Source: Balanoglossus misakiensis (Eukaryota; Animalia; Hemichordata). Taken from it: a DNA stretch of 64,000 nucleotides. The stretch covers positions 13,713,921 through 13,777,920 of the forward strand of contig CM082581.2 in assembly GCA_040954595.2 (NCBI GenBank), in the 5' to 3' direction. A program made the position numbers and the translations under genes. Under the pieces are notes generated by a model that had not been told where the DNA came from, made no database searches, and saw only the letters and a list, made by a program, of their open reading frames with translations. Shown in pieces: positions 13,101-25,600 of this stretch; position 1 is the stretch's first letter, and every line of letters starts with the position of its first letter.

Positions 13101-16100
13101 ACAAGCAAGCTATTCCCTCCATTACATTTCCACGAATAAAACCCTTAATCCTCCAAAACAAAAGATCTTGACACCATTACTGTCTGCTGGTGGTCAGTTG
13201 GTCTAACTAACTAATTGGTGTCATTGGTAGGAGCCAAGTCAAGTCACTAATTACTGTTATTATGTGGGATTTTCTGGCTAATTTCATCCACCCACTAGTT
13301 CTAGTTGGCACAGCCCACACTGTCTTCTCCTGTGTTTTAATCATCATGAATTTCAGTCCCATCCAATCAATTTCAAACCCAATGCTTTATCCAAATGCAG
13401 GCAATGGGGAGAAACAAGAAATTAGAAGAAAATGCTCGGTTGAAGGATAAACTTAATCATCCCTTGAGATTGATACAGTGCACTGAAATGACTATGCACT
13501 ACAGGTTTCTGTCACAAAATGTAATAACACATACCTTTACTATATCAGACTTGATTTCTTCTAACGTGGTAAACTTTGGTTTCTTGGGTGAGCCCTGTCA
13601 AAGAAAAGAGATTTAACATTAGGATCATTGTTACCTTGGTGCCAGTCGTCTTTGTCAAACTTCCCCCAAAAATCTCCTGACTCACTTCTTTAAGTTTTGA
13701 GAGTCACACAAACAAAAAAGTTTGTCACAAATTCTGTTGTAAAGAACTGAAATAATCTCCTAGGGATGTTGGTTGGTCTATATCCCTGAAGGGTCGGAAC
13801 CAGACATCGTAATGTGCATTGTTGGTCGAGAATAATTATACTTCATAAGATAACGAGCGTATTCTCGAAACGTCCAAACTTTTGCATAATGATCAGAGCA
13901 CAGGGGTCAATGAACTGGTTTTGAGATGTGACCATGACTTTCTACATGGGGTGCTTTTCTTTTAAGGGGAGGTTTATGTAACTCGCTTTGACCAAATGAT
14001 AGACCTAACCTGATTATACTAATCTGTCGATTCATTTGTCTGTCTGTCTCCCTGCCTGTCTGTCTGTCTATTTACTAGTATACACATGGACAAGTTTTAC
14101 CCCCCCCCCCTCAGCAATTAACACAAACATGTACTCCATTTTCAAGCCATTGCAACTCATCACTTCAGCCACTGAAGCTCATGACGAGCATAAGTTGGCA
14201 CTCTGCCATTTATATAATGAAAGGGAGAAATAATACGACATATTTTTTGCGCAGTTTGCCGTGTTGACAAGCAAGCCTCTTATCCTGTTAACAATTTGGG
14301 TACAAAAGAAGTAGGGGTATCTCAAATGCTTGTCTACACGCTGCAAGGTCAAGGCCACACAATTTACTTCAGGTCATCAATGGTCATGTACATTTCATTC
14401 CATGACAAGTTCATGCAGAGTGTCAAAGAATTTAACTGGAGCGTACAACATACTTTCACTCAAGGTCAAAGGTCAGAAAAAAATACAGTGGCCAGGGGGA
14501 AAAAAGTGGCTGCAATTAAATTTATTATATGCTTAGATATTTCAACATACTTTTCAAAGAAGTTGACGAAAACGATGCAAGGTGAACAATTTTGGGGGTA
14601 AACTACATCATTTGACTACTGGACTACAATATTTTACAAAACAAATGTATAAACATGTGAAAGTGATGCAGTACAATGCAATAAAAATGACGCCTTCCAC
14701 AAAATGATAGACTACAGGTATTTGTGGATGGCGTCACACACAGAAGACAAAAAAACAACAAGATGAGAGAGGAACCAACCGGTGTCTTCACGTTGGCAGT
14801 GTCTTTCTGGTTTTCCTTCTTGGCTGACGTCTTCGTTTTGTCCTTGTCTTTTGTTGCAGCTTTGCCATCTCTTTTGTCGCTCGCTTTGCCCACTGCCTTT
14901 GGCGTGTCCTTGGTTGTCTCACCGTTTATTTGTGTTTTCTTCTTGCCTTTATCCTGCACAGCAGGGAGGAAACAGGAGACAAAATATTTTGAATAAGTTA
15001 TGAGAGGCGCATCAAAAAGATTTCATCACTGCTGATTGACTGATCAGCAGAGTCAGACGAGACTCCCCTCGAGCAACAGGTCCCTCTTGAAAAGAAGACA
15101 ACTTCACGCCCACCACATCTTTTGGGGGTGAGAAAGAAACACAGAGAACAAAATAAACAAAAGAAGCAAGAGATGGATACAAGTGCTCAATAGGAAGCTT
15201 TGTTGTTATTGGTGCGATGCCATTTGATCGAGAAATCTTGTTGTTTTTGTTTACACACTTAAGGTAAGTAAGTAAAGTCAATATTATCCTGCTTGTTGGT
15301 GTGCATGAGCAAGACATGGTTAACGGTTGGATGGAAAAACCAGCTTGGGCGTGACATTGTTTTCATGGTGTAGTGGGTTCTACCCCAGAGATTGTAGTAT
15401 GCAGGAGAAAAAGTAAGCCCCCCCCCCCCCCTTGAGAAACTGACCAGTCCCTAGGTTAGTCTGTGGTTGGTATGTGGAACGGTTGACAAGATTCGACCCA
15501 GTCAAGAAGTGTGCTGACATCTGATGATGTGTCCACTGTTCACTCTACACTATCATCTCCACACTTCACAGGGCCACCAACCAACCACCTTGCAAGTCAA
15601 CCATGCACAACGCTCGGACAACAATCAACCACAACCCGGCGGGGACAAATGACGTCTCTTTCAACCTGAACTTTAAAGCCTTCTAATTGACACGGCTGCT
15701 GAATATACATATCACTTCTGGACGGACATTAAATGCCCATTAATTAATCAACAAGCCTCTTCAGAATGCCTCCCTCTTATCTCGTCAAAACAGACCCTTG
15801 ATCACAAAGGTCAAGATATGCCCGGGAAACATGAGAATTATTGCATTGCATATTGAACACACAACCAGTGAAGCAAACAAACAAGACTCCTGCACCTGTG
15901 AGGGGGACTTGTATCAACAGCTGCAGACTACAAATGGACCGCCTGACTTTAATCTCTGGTGTCAAGTCTCTGGGTCAACAATGCTGACTGGGGGGACGCA
16001 ACACATCACACTAACCGGCGCGGTTGGGTACTTTACCCGTACTATTTCCTCAGAAACAAAGCTCTTTCTGCACTCTCATCAAAATTTCATCTGGCAATAG

Positions 16101-18829
16101 CCAAGTTGCCCAATGCATTCCTCACTTGACTTAGGTATACTACAATCTTTGCAACTGACGCAATCATTTCACTTCATCAATCAGACAGACTGACTGACTG
16201 TCCAGAAATCTTACCCAATGTCAGAAACTCAACTCAAGAGGGCGCTTATCCAACTTATGAACATTTTCAGCATATTTTTACCTTACCTCTTTCTTTTTAT
16301 CTTTCGTCTTCACTTCTACTTCCATTTCTTCTTCACTGTGGTACAGAAAAATAATTATGAGGGTAAAGGCAATTTTAACTATTGCTGAATATTCATTAAT
16401 AAGGAGTTTTAGAGCATTATTGTACACCCAATCCTACGTGTACAGGATGGAAGAGTTTTTGTTATGGAGAAACAAAAGTAAACAACAGCAGAAGAGTTCC
16501 TGGAGGGGGGTATCAGGTTGCTTTGTTTTTAACCAGGTTTTATAGGACTGAAAAAATTGAGGTAAAGAGAATATGTACCTTTCTTCATCTTCATCTTCTT
16601 CCTCCTCATCAGAGTCATCAGAGTCATCATCATCATCCTCATCATCGTCATCATCATCCTCATCCTCATCATCATCACTATACTCTTCGCTCACACTGTC
16701 AACTTCATCCTCATCTAACGAGTCAATTTCAAAGTCACTATCATTTTCATCATCTTCATCATCATCATCATCTTCATCATCTTTATCATCGGCTTTCTTA
16801 ACTGCAGCAGTAGCCTTTTGTTGTTTCTAAATTAGGAAGAGAAAGGGAAGGGTTTACAATCTTTCTAAAGTTACAGCTAAATCAGAATTGGAAGAATTTC
16901 CAGGATGCCATGAAAATTCAGAACAGTTGGGAAATTGAACTGGAAATTATACCTTCTCCTTCAGTTTAGAAGATAAAAGATCAGCTATTTCATCTTCATC
17001 TACATCACTATCTTCCTCACTGTCTTCGCTTTCTTCTTCACTGCTGATTTCTGATGCCTTAATCAAGTCTAATTTAGCAACCTGAGATATAGACAGATAC
17101 AGAGACATTAGAAAGAATTTCTGCTGGGCATGAAAATCTTTTGGGAGAATTGCGTTGAAATGACACATGGAATGTTTTCAGGCTCTTCGATATCATTTAT
17201 GATAAATATACCTTTTTTGATTTTTCCAGTGGTGTTGTTGCTGGACGCTTTTTTGATTTTGCTAAAACTGGAGAAGCAGGATTTTTTTCAGGAGAACTCT
17301 CTTCTTCTTCTTCTTCTTCTTCCTCCTCCTCCTCATCATCATACATCGACATATTTCTGAGGTCTTCAACCTCTGTAACCCAGAAATTTCAAAATGGCAA
17401 ATGAGCATTCATATAAGTACAGTGCAGACATGCTTCAGATTATCACTATATAAAACAAAAGATATACAGTTCACCCATGTTGAGGGCATTATGTGCGTTT
17501 TTGAATCGGCAGTTTCTTATTTCTTACAAGTTTCTTACAAGTTCTTATAAGAAGGCAGTAGCACTTTAACATCACTTTCCTAAGGTAATGTCACCTTAAT
17601 GTGCAAATCAATGATGACTACTAACCCATGATGTGATTGCCCGAGAGATGAACTGGTCCAGATCCAGATACCAGCTTGAAAGTTACAGGTGGGTTGAAGT
17701 TCAAGTTTACTGGACACTGTCAATGGCAAAGGATAGCAAAACAATTTATTAGATATCAAGAAATGGCATCTTTATTAAATGAAGTTTTAAAGTCAAATCT
17801 TGAAACTAATGCAAAAATGGCACCTTGGTGCTTTAGGAGTTTATACTACTCACAGCATCTACCCTGCCCATTTCAAGGAATATGATTGGATGCTTGATAA
17901 CTTTGCCTTTGTAATCTGTTGTTGCAGCTTCAATGACATTTCTTTCTCCCGCTTTTGCTTTCACACCAAGAACAGCCTGCAAGGGAAAAAATCACTCATT
18001 TTTCAAAGGATTTAATTTCTTTAAGTTTGCACAAAGTATTCCAACACATGTGTTAAATATGACCATTACAAATACAGTCAGTACATGTACCTGTTTCAGA
18101 TGAAGAACTTGTTCAATCTCGATGTCTTCTTCATCATCATCTGAGTCTGGGGACCATTTGTGAGTATTTTTCCCTTTGTTCAGCTCAGCCCCTGAAAACA
18201 TAGGAATGTTATCAGACATTGCATAGAAGAGCTGTACACTAAGACAGACATGTGCTGCCTGACTGTCTATCCAAAGCAGCTTTGGTTGCGCAATACTGTG
18301 AAAGAAGCACATTTTGATTTACAAGAGGGACCATAGTGTTATATGAAGACAGAGTTCACGAATTCAAGCAGAATCTGGTTCATTCTTAGCTGCTCATTCT
18401 TTATGGTTGACGTTTTACAGTATACTCTACCTGACAGACATCAACAAGGTTTATTAAAGCTGAGGTTTTCTAAGCCTCTGCCAGACTCCCATAGTGCCAA
18501 TGTGTAGAATAGTAGTGGTATACATTGAGGACGTACATTGAGGTCAATTTGATTTTACGGCCTGTGGTGGTATGGGTACACACTGTTATTGAGAAGGTGG
18601 ACTATTTCACATGTATTAGTATCACCACAGGCATTGGAGTATAATACTTGTATGTGGCAACCATGTGCATGAGGCCAGCTGCAGATGGGAGGGGGGGGGG
18701 GGGACTTCTGTGCTGGCCAAAGAAGGGGGCAAGGCAACCTGAACCGCGGTGAACAAAACACCAAGTAAATTGTTGAGTTTCGGCATTACGAATGTTCGGC
18801 TTACCCCAGAAATGCTCCTTTCCCATCAT
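10182..18829 (-). CDS. NPM: Nucleophosmin/nucleoplasmin-family protein, about 428 aa, 12 coding exons: 18805-18829, 18091-18191, 17854-17976, 17626-17716, 17212-17372, 16953-17081, 16579-16826, 16287-16335, 14780-14953, 13535-13594, 12014-12088, 10182-10232
   Basis: All introns are GT-AG with consistent phases. N-terminal core: MMGKEHFWGAEL...LHLKQAVLG...PPVTFKLVSGSGPVHLSGNH. It also has long Asp/Glu tracts, a bipartite NLS-like KKRPATTPLEKSKK, and an NPM1-type C-terminal domain LEEIKSDI..LPKKEPKFENWVRN..KIKDLWSWHQK with the two Trp residues. Confidence 0.92.
16584..16790 (-). repeat. Coding (GAT/GAG/GAA)n low-complexity repeat encoding the NPM acidic tract
   Basis: Runs of tca/tcc/tct triplets on the + strand lie inside NPM exon 7. 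Confidence 0.9.
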
Positions 18830-19412
18830 TTTTGCAGCCGAGAACGAAAAAACCCGCAGTTATTAATAAAAACGCCAACACCACGTGGATACGAAGACCA
18901 TGCACCAGGTCGTCTGTTGACAAGGGGTCACTGGGCGTGCGCAAGAGAATCGTTTAAAATTCACATATTGTTTTAGAGAGTTTGTCGTCGTATTTAACAT
19001 TAACTTTGATTTCAGTGTTATAGAAATATAATATCATTTTTTTCACGTTTAGAAATACAATTTTCTCTAGTTCCGCGAAAATAGCCAATGGGTTTTCCTT
19101 GGTTTAATCTTTGGCGGTCAAAGGTCAAAATGAGAAAGGCCAGCTGATAAACAAAGCGTGCGTGGAGAAACACCAGCATAAGTTGACGTGTCGTTCTGTC
19201 GCTGTTACAAGTCATCGGTCCAACGATCAACACAAGGATCAATGATACTTTGGTGTTATACTTGATCGAGATCACTTTGCAGTATGTGTTTTTAAGACTA
19301 AGTTCTGTATTTGTGAAAATTACTGGCTTGATTGCGAAGGACAACTGTATATCCATAGTGAATACATCTGTATCCATAGTATTTCATATTTACTGTTCAT
19401 CAACAAACAACA
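18830..19412. promoter_or_regulatory. Compact bidirectional promoter/5' UTR region shared by NPM (-) and SIL1 (+)
   Basis: 583 bp separate the divergent start codons. The interval contains palindromic E-box CCACGTGG (18881-18888), E2F-like CCGCGAAA (19073-19080) and a CCAAT near 19085. Confidence 0.6.
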
Positions 19413-22076
19413 ATGAGCAAGAGTCAGTGGTTATGGATTTGTTTGACCGCTTTGTGTTTGATCTACGGAATCACGAAAGTTATAAGTCACGAAGCGAACA
19501 CTGGATGGGAACAAAACAAACCAAACGATGAGAAACATGACCATCGTCAGATCTCAAAGCAAACAGCTGTTGTCGCCATCGCCAGTGATGAAAGTGAGGA
19601 AGAAGACGATGATGGACATGTAACCATTGGAGATGGAGAAGAGGAATCTTTGGAAGTGTTTTATCCGACCAAAGAATGGCAGATTATCAAACCAGGTAAT
19701 CAGACGCGAAGTACTGGCATTGATCATGTGTGAATCCTCCTTTGAAGTGGCCAAGGGGTTGTACCGTTTCTGAAATATACATTTTGTAATTTCAGAATTG
19801 GTTCTCGTACAACCCAAACCAGATGCATGTACACGTCATGGATGTTCACACATTGTACATGTCACGCTTGACTCTTGTATGACACCTTTTCCTAATATAC
19901 TGCCAATCATCTGTACCCATGACGTGGTCTTATTGTTTTTTCTGTACATGTACATACTTACTTCAGCATTGTGGAAATTTATCTCATGAGGGAACTGCTC
20001 ATTTCAGGTCAGGCTATTCCTGCCGGGTTGCATGTCAGAATTAATCTCCAGACCGGATTGAAGGAAGCAAAACTGATGGACAAGGAAGACGGGAAAGAGA
20101 GTGAACCAGAGAGCGAGGAAAATCTGAAGTTTTGGGAGGAAGGGGAGAGGAAGGGAATGATTAATACAGAAAAGAAGTATTTCACCAAGGAGGAACTTAA
20201 GGATGCCTTGAAATTATTCAAAGCTAAACAGGATGATGTCAAAAATGAACCTGAGGTGAGTTACAACTGGTGATATTCAACAGAAAATAACATGTGTTGA
20301 AGAAGTCAGCAAAACGAGATAGCGGGCACTACATCAGAAAGGTTTCCCACATTGAGAAATCCTCCCATGATTTTTCTATTCATGACACACATTTCCATTT
20401 ATTCAGGGTCATGCAGAAAAAATCAAGAACGAATTTCGCTCATATAAGGAACTGAAAGAAGACTTTGAGAAAATGAACATGAACATTGAAACTGACACTG
20501 AAATTATGACCAAGCTACTGAATCTGTACAAGAGTGATGAGGTGTCCATGGAACAAAAGCAAGCAATACTCAGTGATTTAGAATACTACGTACATCAGGT
20601 GAGTGAATTATCTTGAATCGAACCAAGTGGTCATTAGCTATGAAGTGTGATGGGTCTGTATAGTTGCTTTAGTATCTGAATATTACTTGTTAATTATCCC
20701 CATGTTTGTGATCTATCGACAGATTGACAATGCACGTGACTTCCACACTCTTGGAGGTTTAGCGCTGATAATTAAGGGACTGAATGATTCAGAGGAAGTT
20801 ATTCGTAAAGAATGTGCCTTTGTTCTGGGGTCAGCTGTACAAAGGTAAGGGTACTCTTTCACTAGTTTACCTCCTCTTGGCTAATGTGTTACATCAAATG
20901 AAACAAGAAGAGGGTTTTATATAATTATAAGTTGTTCATGTGGAGATTAACAGATGCAAAGAATTTGTCCATGTGCTTATTCTAATTGTTACATCTCTTG
21001 TGCAGTAACCCATCAGTGCAAGTCCAGGCATTGGAAGGTGGAGCCTTACAGATATTGTTGAGACTCATGTCCACAAAGCAACCACTGTCAATCAAGAAGA
21101 AGGTACTCTATGCCTTGTCATCCTTGCTCAGACACTTCCCGTTTGCTCAGAAGAAGTTTCTTGACCTTGGTGGGATGACTTCGCTCTCTGTCTTGTTCAA
21201 GGACACTGCGCCAGATGTTCTGCCATTGAAATTGAAAGCGGTCACACTGTTGCATGATCTCTTGGTTGAACAGGTGAGAAACTCACAATGAAACCCTATT
21301 AGTGATTGCAGTGTGGTTCTGAGTGAATATTTGTACTTCAGAGATACATTAATAAATTGTTGATCATATTTCTGTTTCAGCAAAACGCCAAAAGCATGGA
21401 AATAACAGATGATGTTGAGCAAGAGAGACTACGACAATACAATGAGTGAGTACATGCTTTTTCAAGCCAATCAGAGCCCTCGTTGTAGAAGACACTATGT
21501 GCATGTCAGAATGTGTGCCCAAAAGCATTAACTTAGCTGCATTCTGATTGGTTGAGTAGTTTACTATGAAAAAAAATGCAAGATTTTCAGTGGCACTGGT
21601 TCAGATTTAGAGAGACGGACATTTGAGAACAGAACAGCAAATGTAATGATTGAACCAACTCTACATCTGATTACAGCCAGATAGGGCCAGCCTGTTTCTG
21701 TGCTGTGAAGAGTAAACAAAGCATTGAAATACCATCAGTAAATCAAATCAACCCTCTCTCTCTCTCTCTCCATAGAGTGCTTCTGGTGCCAGCTTTGATA
21801 GAGCAAGGCTGGTGTGACCTCATACCCTCACTGTTATCAGCACCGGAACACGACACCAGAGAAAAAGTCCTCACTGCAATGAAGATCATGTCAGGGACAT
21901 GCACCAGACAGTACAGGCAGAAGACTCTTGTAGACACCCTGAAATCCCTCCAGACAGAATATGATGACTTTGCTCTTACAGAAGCCAAAGAAAATGACAG
22001 TGATAAATATTTTACAGGACTCAGAAATCTAATCAGAGACATTCTTAACAGTGTACATATACATACTGAACTTTAA
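19413..22076 (+). CDS. SIL1: Nucleotide exchange factor SIL1 (BiP co-chaperone), about 492 aa, 7 exons: 19413-19695, 20008-20255, 20407-20598, 20723-20844, 21006-21273, 21381-21445, 21776-22076
   Basis: Signal peptide; motifs [99 protein letters not shown]; C-terminal ER-retention signal HTEL. Splice phases are consistent. Confidence 0.95.
21463..21554. repeat. Short inverted repeat in SIL1 intron 6 (possible decayed MITE)
   Basis: CAAGCCAATCAGA ... TCTGATTGGTTG. The same CCAATCA/TGATTGG core forms a palindrome at about 3935-3960. Confidence 0.3.
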
Positions 22077-22696
22077 TGCTGGAATTTATATAGTTTTTCC
22101 ATTTTCTGTCATTTTTGTTGCTTTTTCCATGATTGTAAAAAGAAAAAGATTTGCATAGACTTTATTCACAGTACAAAGTCATTTCTAATAAAAGGACAGA
22201 CGAAATAAAAAGCAGTGATTATCCTTTGAAGTATGTGTGTGGATGGGATGATGGTGTGTGTCACGTTATTTCAGCAGAAGACCAAGAAGTTGCTGGCTCC
22301 TGGCGTAATTGGCCTCATAAGTTTATCCAGCACAATAAACTACTTCACTGCAGATACCTCATATTAAAATAGTAGGCCAATAATAAAATTGCAAATAAAA
22401 GGAATACTTGGGAAGTTTAAAAACAACAAGACGAGGTACAACAGATAGGAACAGAGTTGCGTGAGCCCAGAGCTGGACCAGTCCATTGAATACGAATACA
22501 GAAGAGCCTTTGCTTGCAAATGGTGACACAAATTCCAAAGCGGATTTGGCCTTGCGTGACGTACAACTGTTGCATATTCAAATATGTTAACACTTTCATT
22601 GATTGCATAGGTCATCAACCCTACTCTACGGGTGTTGTTGTATTTACATCGCGTCAGCCTGACCGCGTGGCCGGATGAACACAACATAAAGACGCC

Positions 22697-25600
22697 ATGA
22701 CAGACGCCAACACGAAAAAGACATTGCAACCAGTGAATGGATCGGCTCAACCAGACGATTGTTGTCTTCCTGTCGACGTTGACAAAAATGAAAAAGCGTC
22801 TCCAGAAAGGCAAACTCGACCATACTATGAGAAAGTGCCTTGTAACGAGGTAATGTGTGCGGAACGGTTTGGGCACGTGCTGTGTTTTTAGAATTAGCAC
22901 ATTATGATATGAACAAGGTTGATATGAACATTGAAAAAATAGCGTACTAGCCCACACACGTGTGTGCTGGCTACGATTGGGCCTTCTACTATAACTACTT
23001 TACAATACTTCAGTCTCTAGCCCTGTATGCGTGGCAGAATTGAACCATCTGGCATCTGTCGTCATGCCCACGGGTTATAATATTTGCCCAACGAGGGCAT
23101 CATTGTGACGTCACCCCAATCTTCCTGATTTGCAGCAGTCCAGGTATCCATGGCAGTCATACCATTAAAATTACTTCTCCGAAAGGGAGAAAAACGTGAC
23201 ATTCGGCATAGAAGTTGGGGTCGGTGAAAATTCGGCATATAGGCCATAAATCATTGCAGTAATAGAGATACACTACCAGCACTATGCCAAACTAGGCTGT
23301 AATTGTACACCCAACTCCAAGCAGAGGAAAAGTTCAATTAGACAAAACGTTCCAATAAATTGGCTCAGCTGAAAGTTAAAATTTTAATACCCCTTGAATG
23401 AACACGTACATGAGATCTTTAAGTTGTAATATAATTGTCAAATTGTCACCATCGTGCTGAATTTCCATGATGGCCTTGGCCTACACTGCACTGGAGCCTT
23501 CATGTTGGAATTTGCGAGACGACCTAATTTCTCTCACCCTGGTTCAAATGTTGTCATGGAATACTGTTGGTATCAACACAACATCTGTTGCGGTTGAGGG
23601 CACTGGGATATTTTGTTATGATGTCAATGAAATGAAAGCCACAATAGTATAATGGAATCAAGGGGGTAAATTTGATACCGAGATTGTCTTTTTTGTTTCA
23701 TAAAACACTTCAGAATGCTTACGAAATGGGCCTCATCAAACCTCCAGCCACTCCTGACGACGAACCGAGTAAAAACGTGTGTGTAAAGAAACCATCTGCT
23801 GTCACAAATTTGGTGCCTATCCATGATGGCGACATGGGAGACGAATTTCACCCAAATGCACCCTCAAATGTTGTCACCATGGTGAGTGCGAAATCATCTG
23901 TCTAGGTATCATCGTTCCATATTGAAACTTTACAGAGGTATCTGTACCAGTCTGGTAACCAACAATGCAAAGGGACTTCACGACAGAACATTAAGATGAT
24001 GAGTGATGCAAACTGAGATTCCAGTATTATCTTTCCAATACTGAAGATGAAACTCACGTTAAGAAATGCTTGACTAATCACTGGTCTGTCACCGATTCTT
24101 TCTTTTTTTGATCAGGCCATTGACAAATTTGACCGCCAAGTGAAAGATCTGTGTCACCAATACAAGACGTTCGGCAAATATTGCCTGTTTGGTGTATTAC
24201 TGGTAGTTTACGGTGTATATTTTAGTATCGCAGTCAGCAAAGATTTGAAGAGAGCGACAGGACTGCTGGTCATGACAGTGTTTGTCGTAACCTTGGTCGT
24301 GTACAGAATCATCGCCAGACACTGTGGCCATTCAATTCACGACGCCATCGTACAGCCATGTTTCCAGTTTTGCAAAACAAGATGGCGGATCCTGAAATGG
24401 TAAGAAACGGGTCGTTCTGCGTCGGAGTTGTAACATTAAAGGTGATAAAATAATGTTAGAAATAAGGCCTGAAGTGTCAGGTCGGTAAGAAGCTGATTAT
24501 TTGCTGTTATTGTTATCTCAAATTGGTGTCTGATAACATTTGAACACATGCCAAAATAATTATGAAGAACTTCTGTGGAAAAAAGTATTCTTGCGCAAAG
24601 ACGTAAACGTTATTAATATCGGGAATATTATGTGGACTGTTCAGTCTAAATAATTAGAAATTAGCAGTTTATTTAGACATGATCACTGTCAAAGTTCGTA
24701 TTAATACTTTCCATTTTATCATTTGCCCACTCATATGGGGTGCTTGACCAATCGTGAAGAGTTTTTCATTATTGGCCATAGGAGTACATCTCGCCTATGT
24801 TATACTTGACTCAGTGCTAACACAGTTTCGACCATTTCTTCCTCAATCAGGGTTGTGTATATCTTTCTGATTGTCGCTCTGCTCGCGTTTGCTGCCAGCA
24901 TGGGTGTCTTCCACTCAATCGCGAAGAATCCAAAACAACTGACATCGGCCTTTGGAATCGTCGTCTTCATCTTATTCAGCTTGGTTTTATCAAAAAGACC
25001 AGGATGGGTAAGAGATATTTCATAAATCTTGTGCTGTGTTGATGTTGATGTTGTGGTATGCTGTAGATAACTTGAATCACATAGTATTGTATCTGCACAA
25101 ATTCCAATGCCGCATGATGTAAATGTTCCGAGTTCTCATTAACAAGAATATATTTCATTTCCACCAGGTGCAATGGCGAGCTGTGTTCTGGGGTCTGGGT
25201 CTTCAATTTTTACTCGGTGTATTAATTTTGCGCACCTCTGCTGGGTTTGCAAGTTTCCAGTGGATGGGAAACGAGATGTCAACCTTCTTGGGCTATTCTG
25301 ACGTGGGGGCAGAATTCGTCTTTAGCAAACCACTCGAAGTTCATTTCTTCGTATTTAAGGTGAACCATCTTATCTTTTGTGTTGGGCATACCCTCAAACA
25401 GCTACCACTGAGTGATGCAAAACACAGTGACCATAATTCGTGTTTCGGCCGTTATTGTTGTGCCCTGTTATGATTTATTTAATGTGTCAGCTGTATGATA
25501 AGCTGGTCTATAAAAATAAAAGGACCCAGGCTGTTTGTACGAATCACCCAAAAATAACATTTCCGAGTCGGATTATTTCTGATAACATTAATAAAGAGAT

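Noticed and set aside
14955-16286. Telomerase RNA or a known sno/scaRNA (U17, U19) in NPM introns
   Set aside because: No CTAACCCTAA-like template and no recognisable guide motifs found by eye. Scattered TGATGA/CTGA words are expected by chance.
16523-16830. Plus-strand poly-His and poly-Ser ORFs
   Set aside because: Antisense shadows of the NPM acidic-tract exon.
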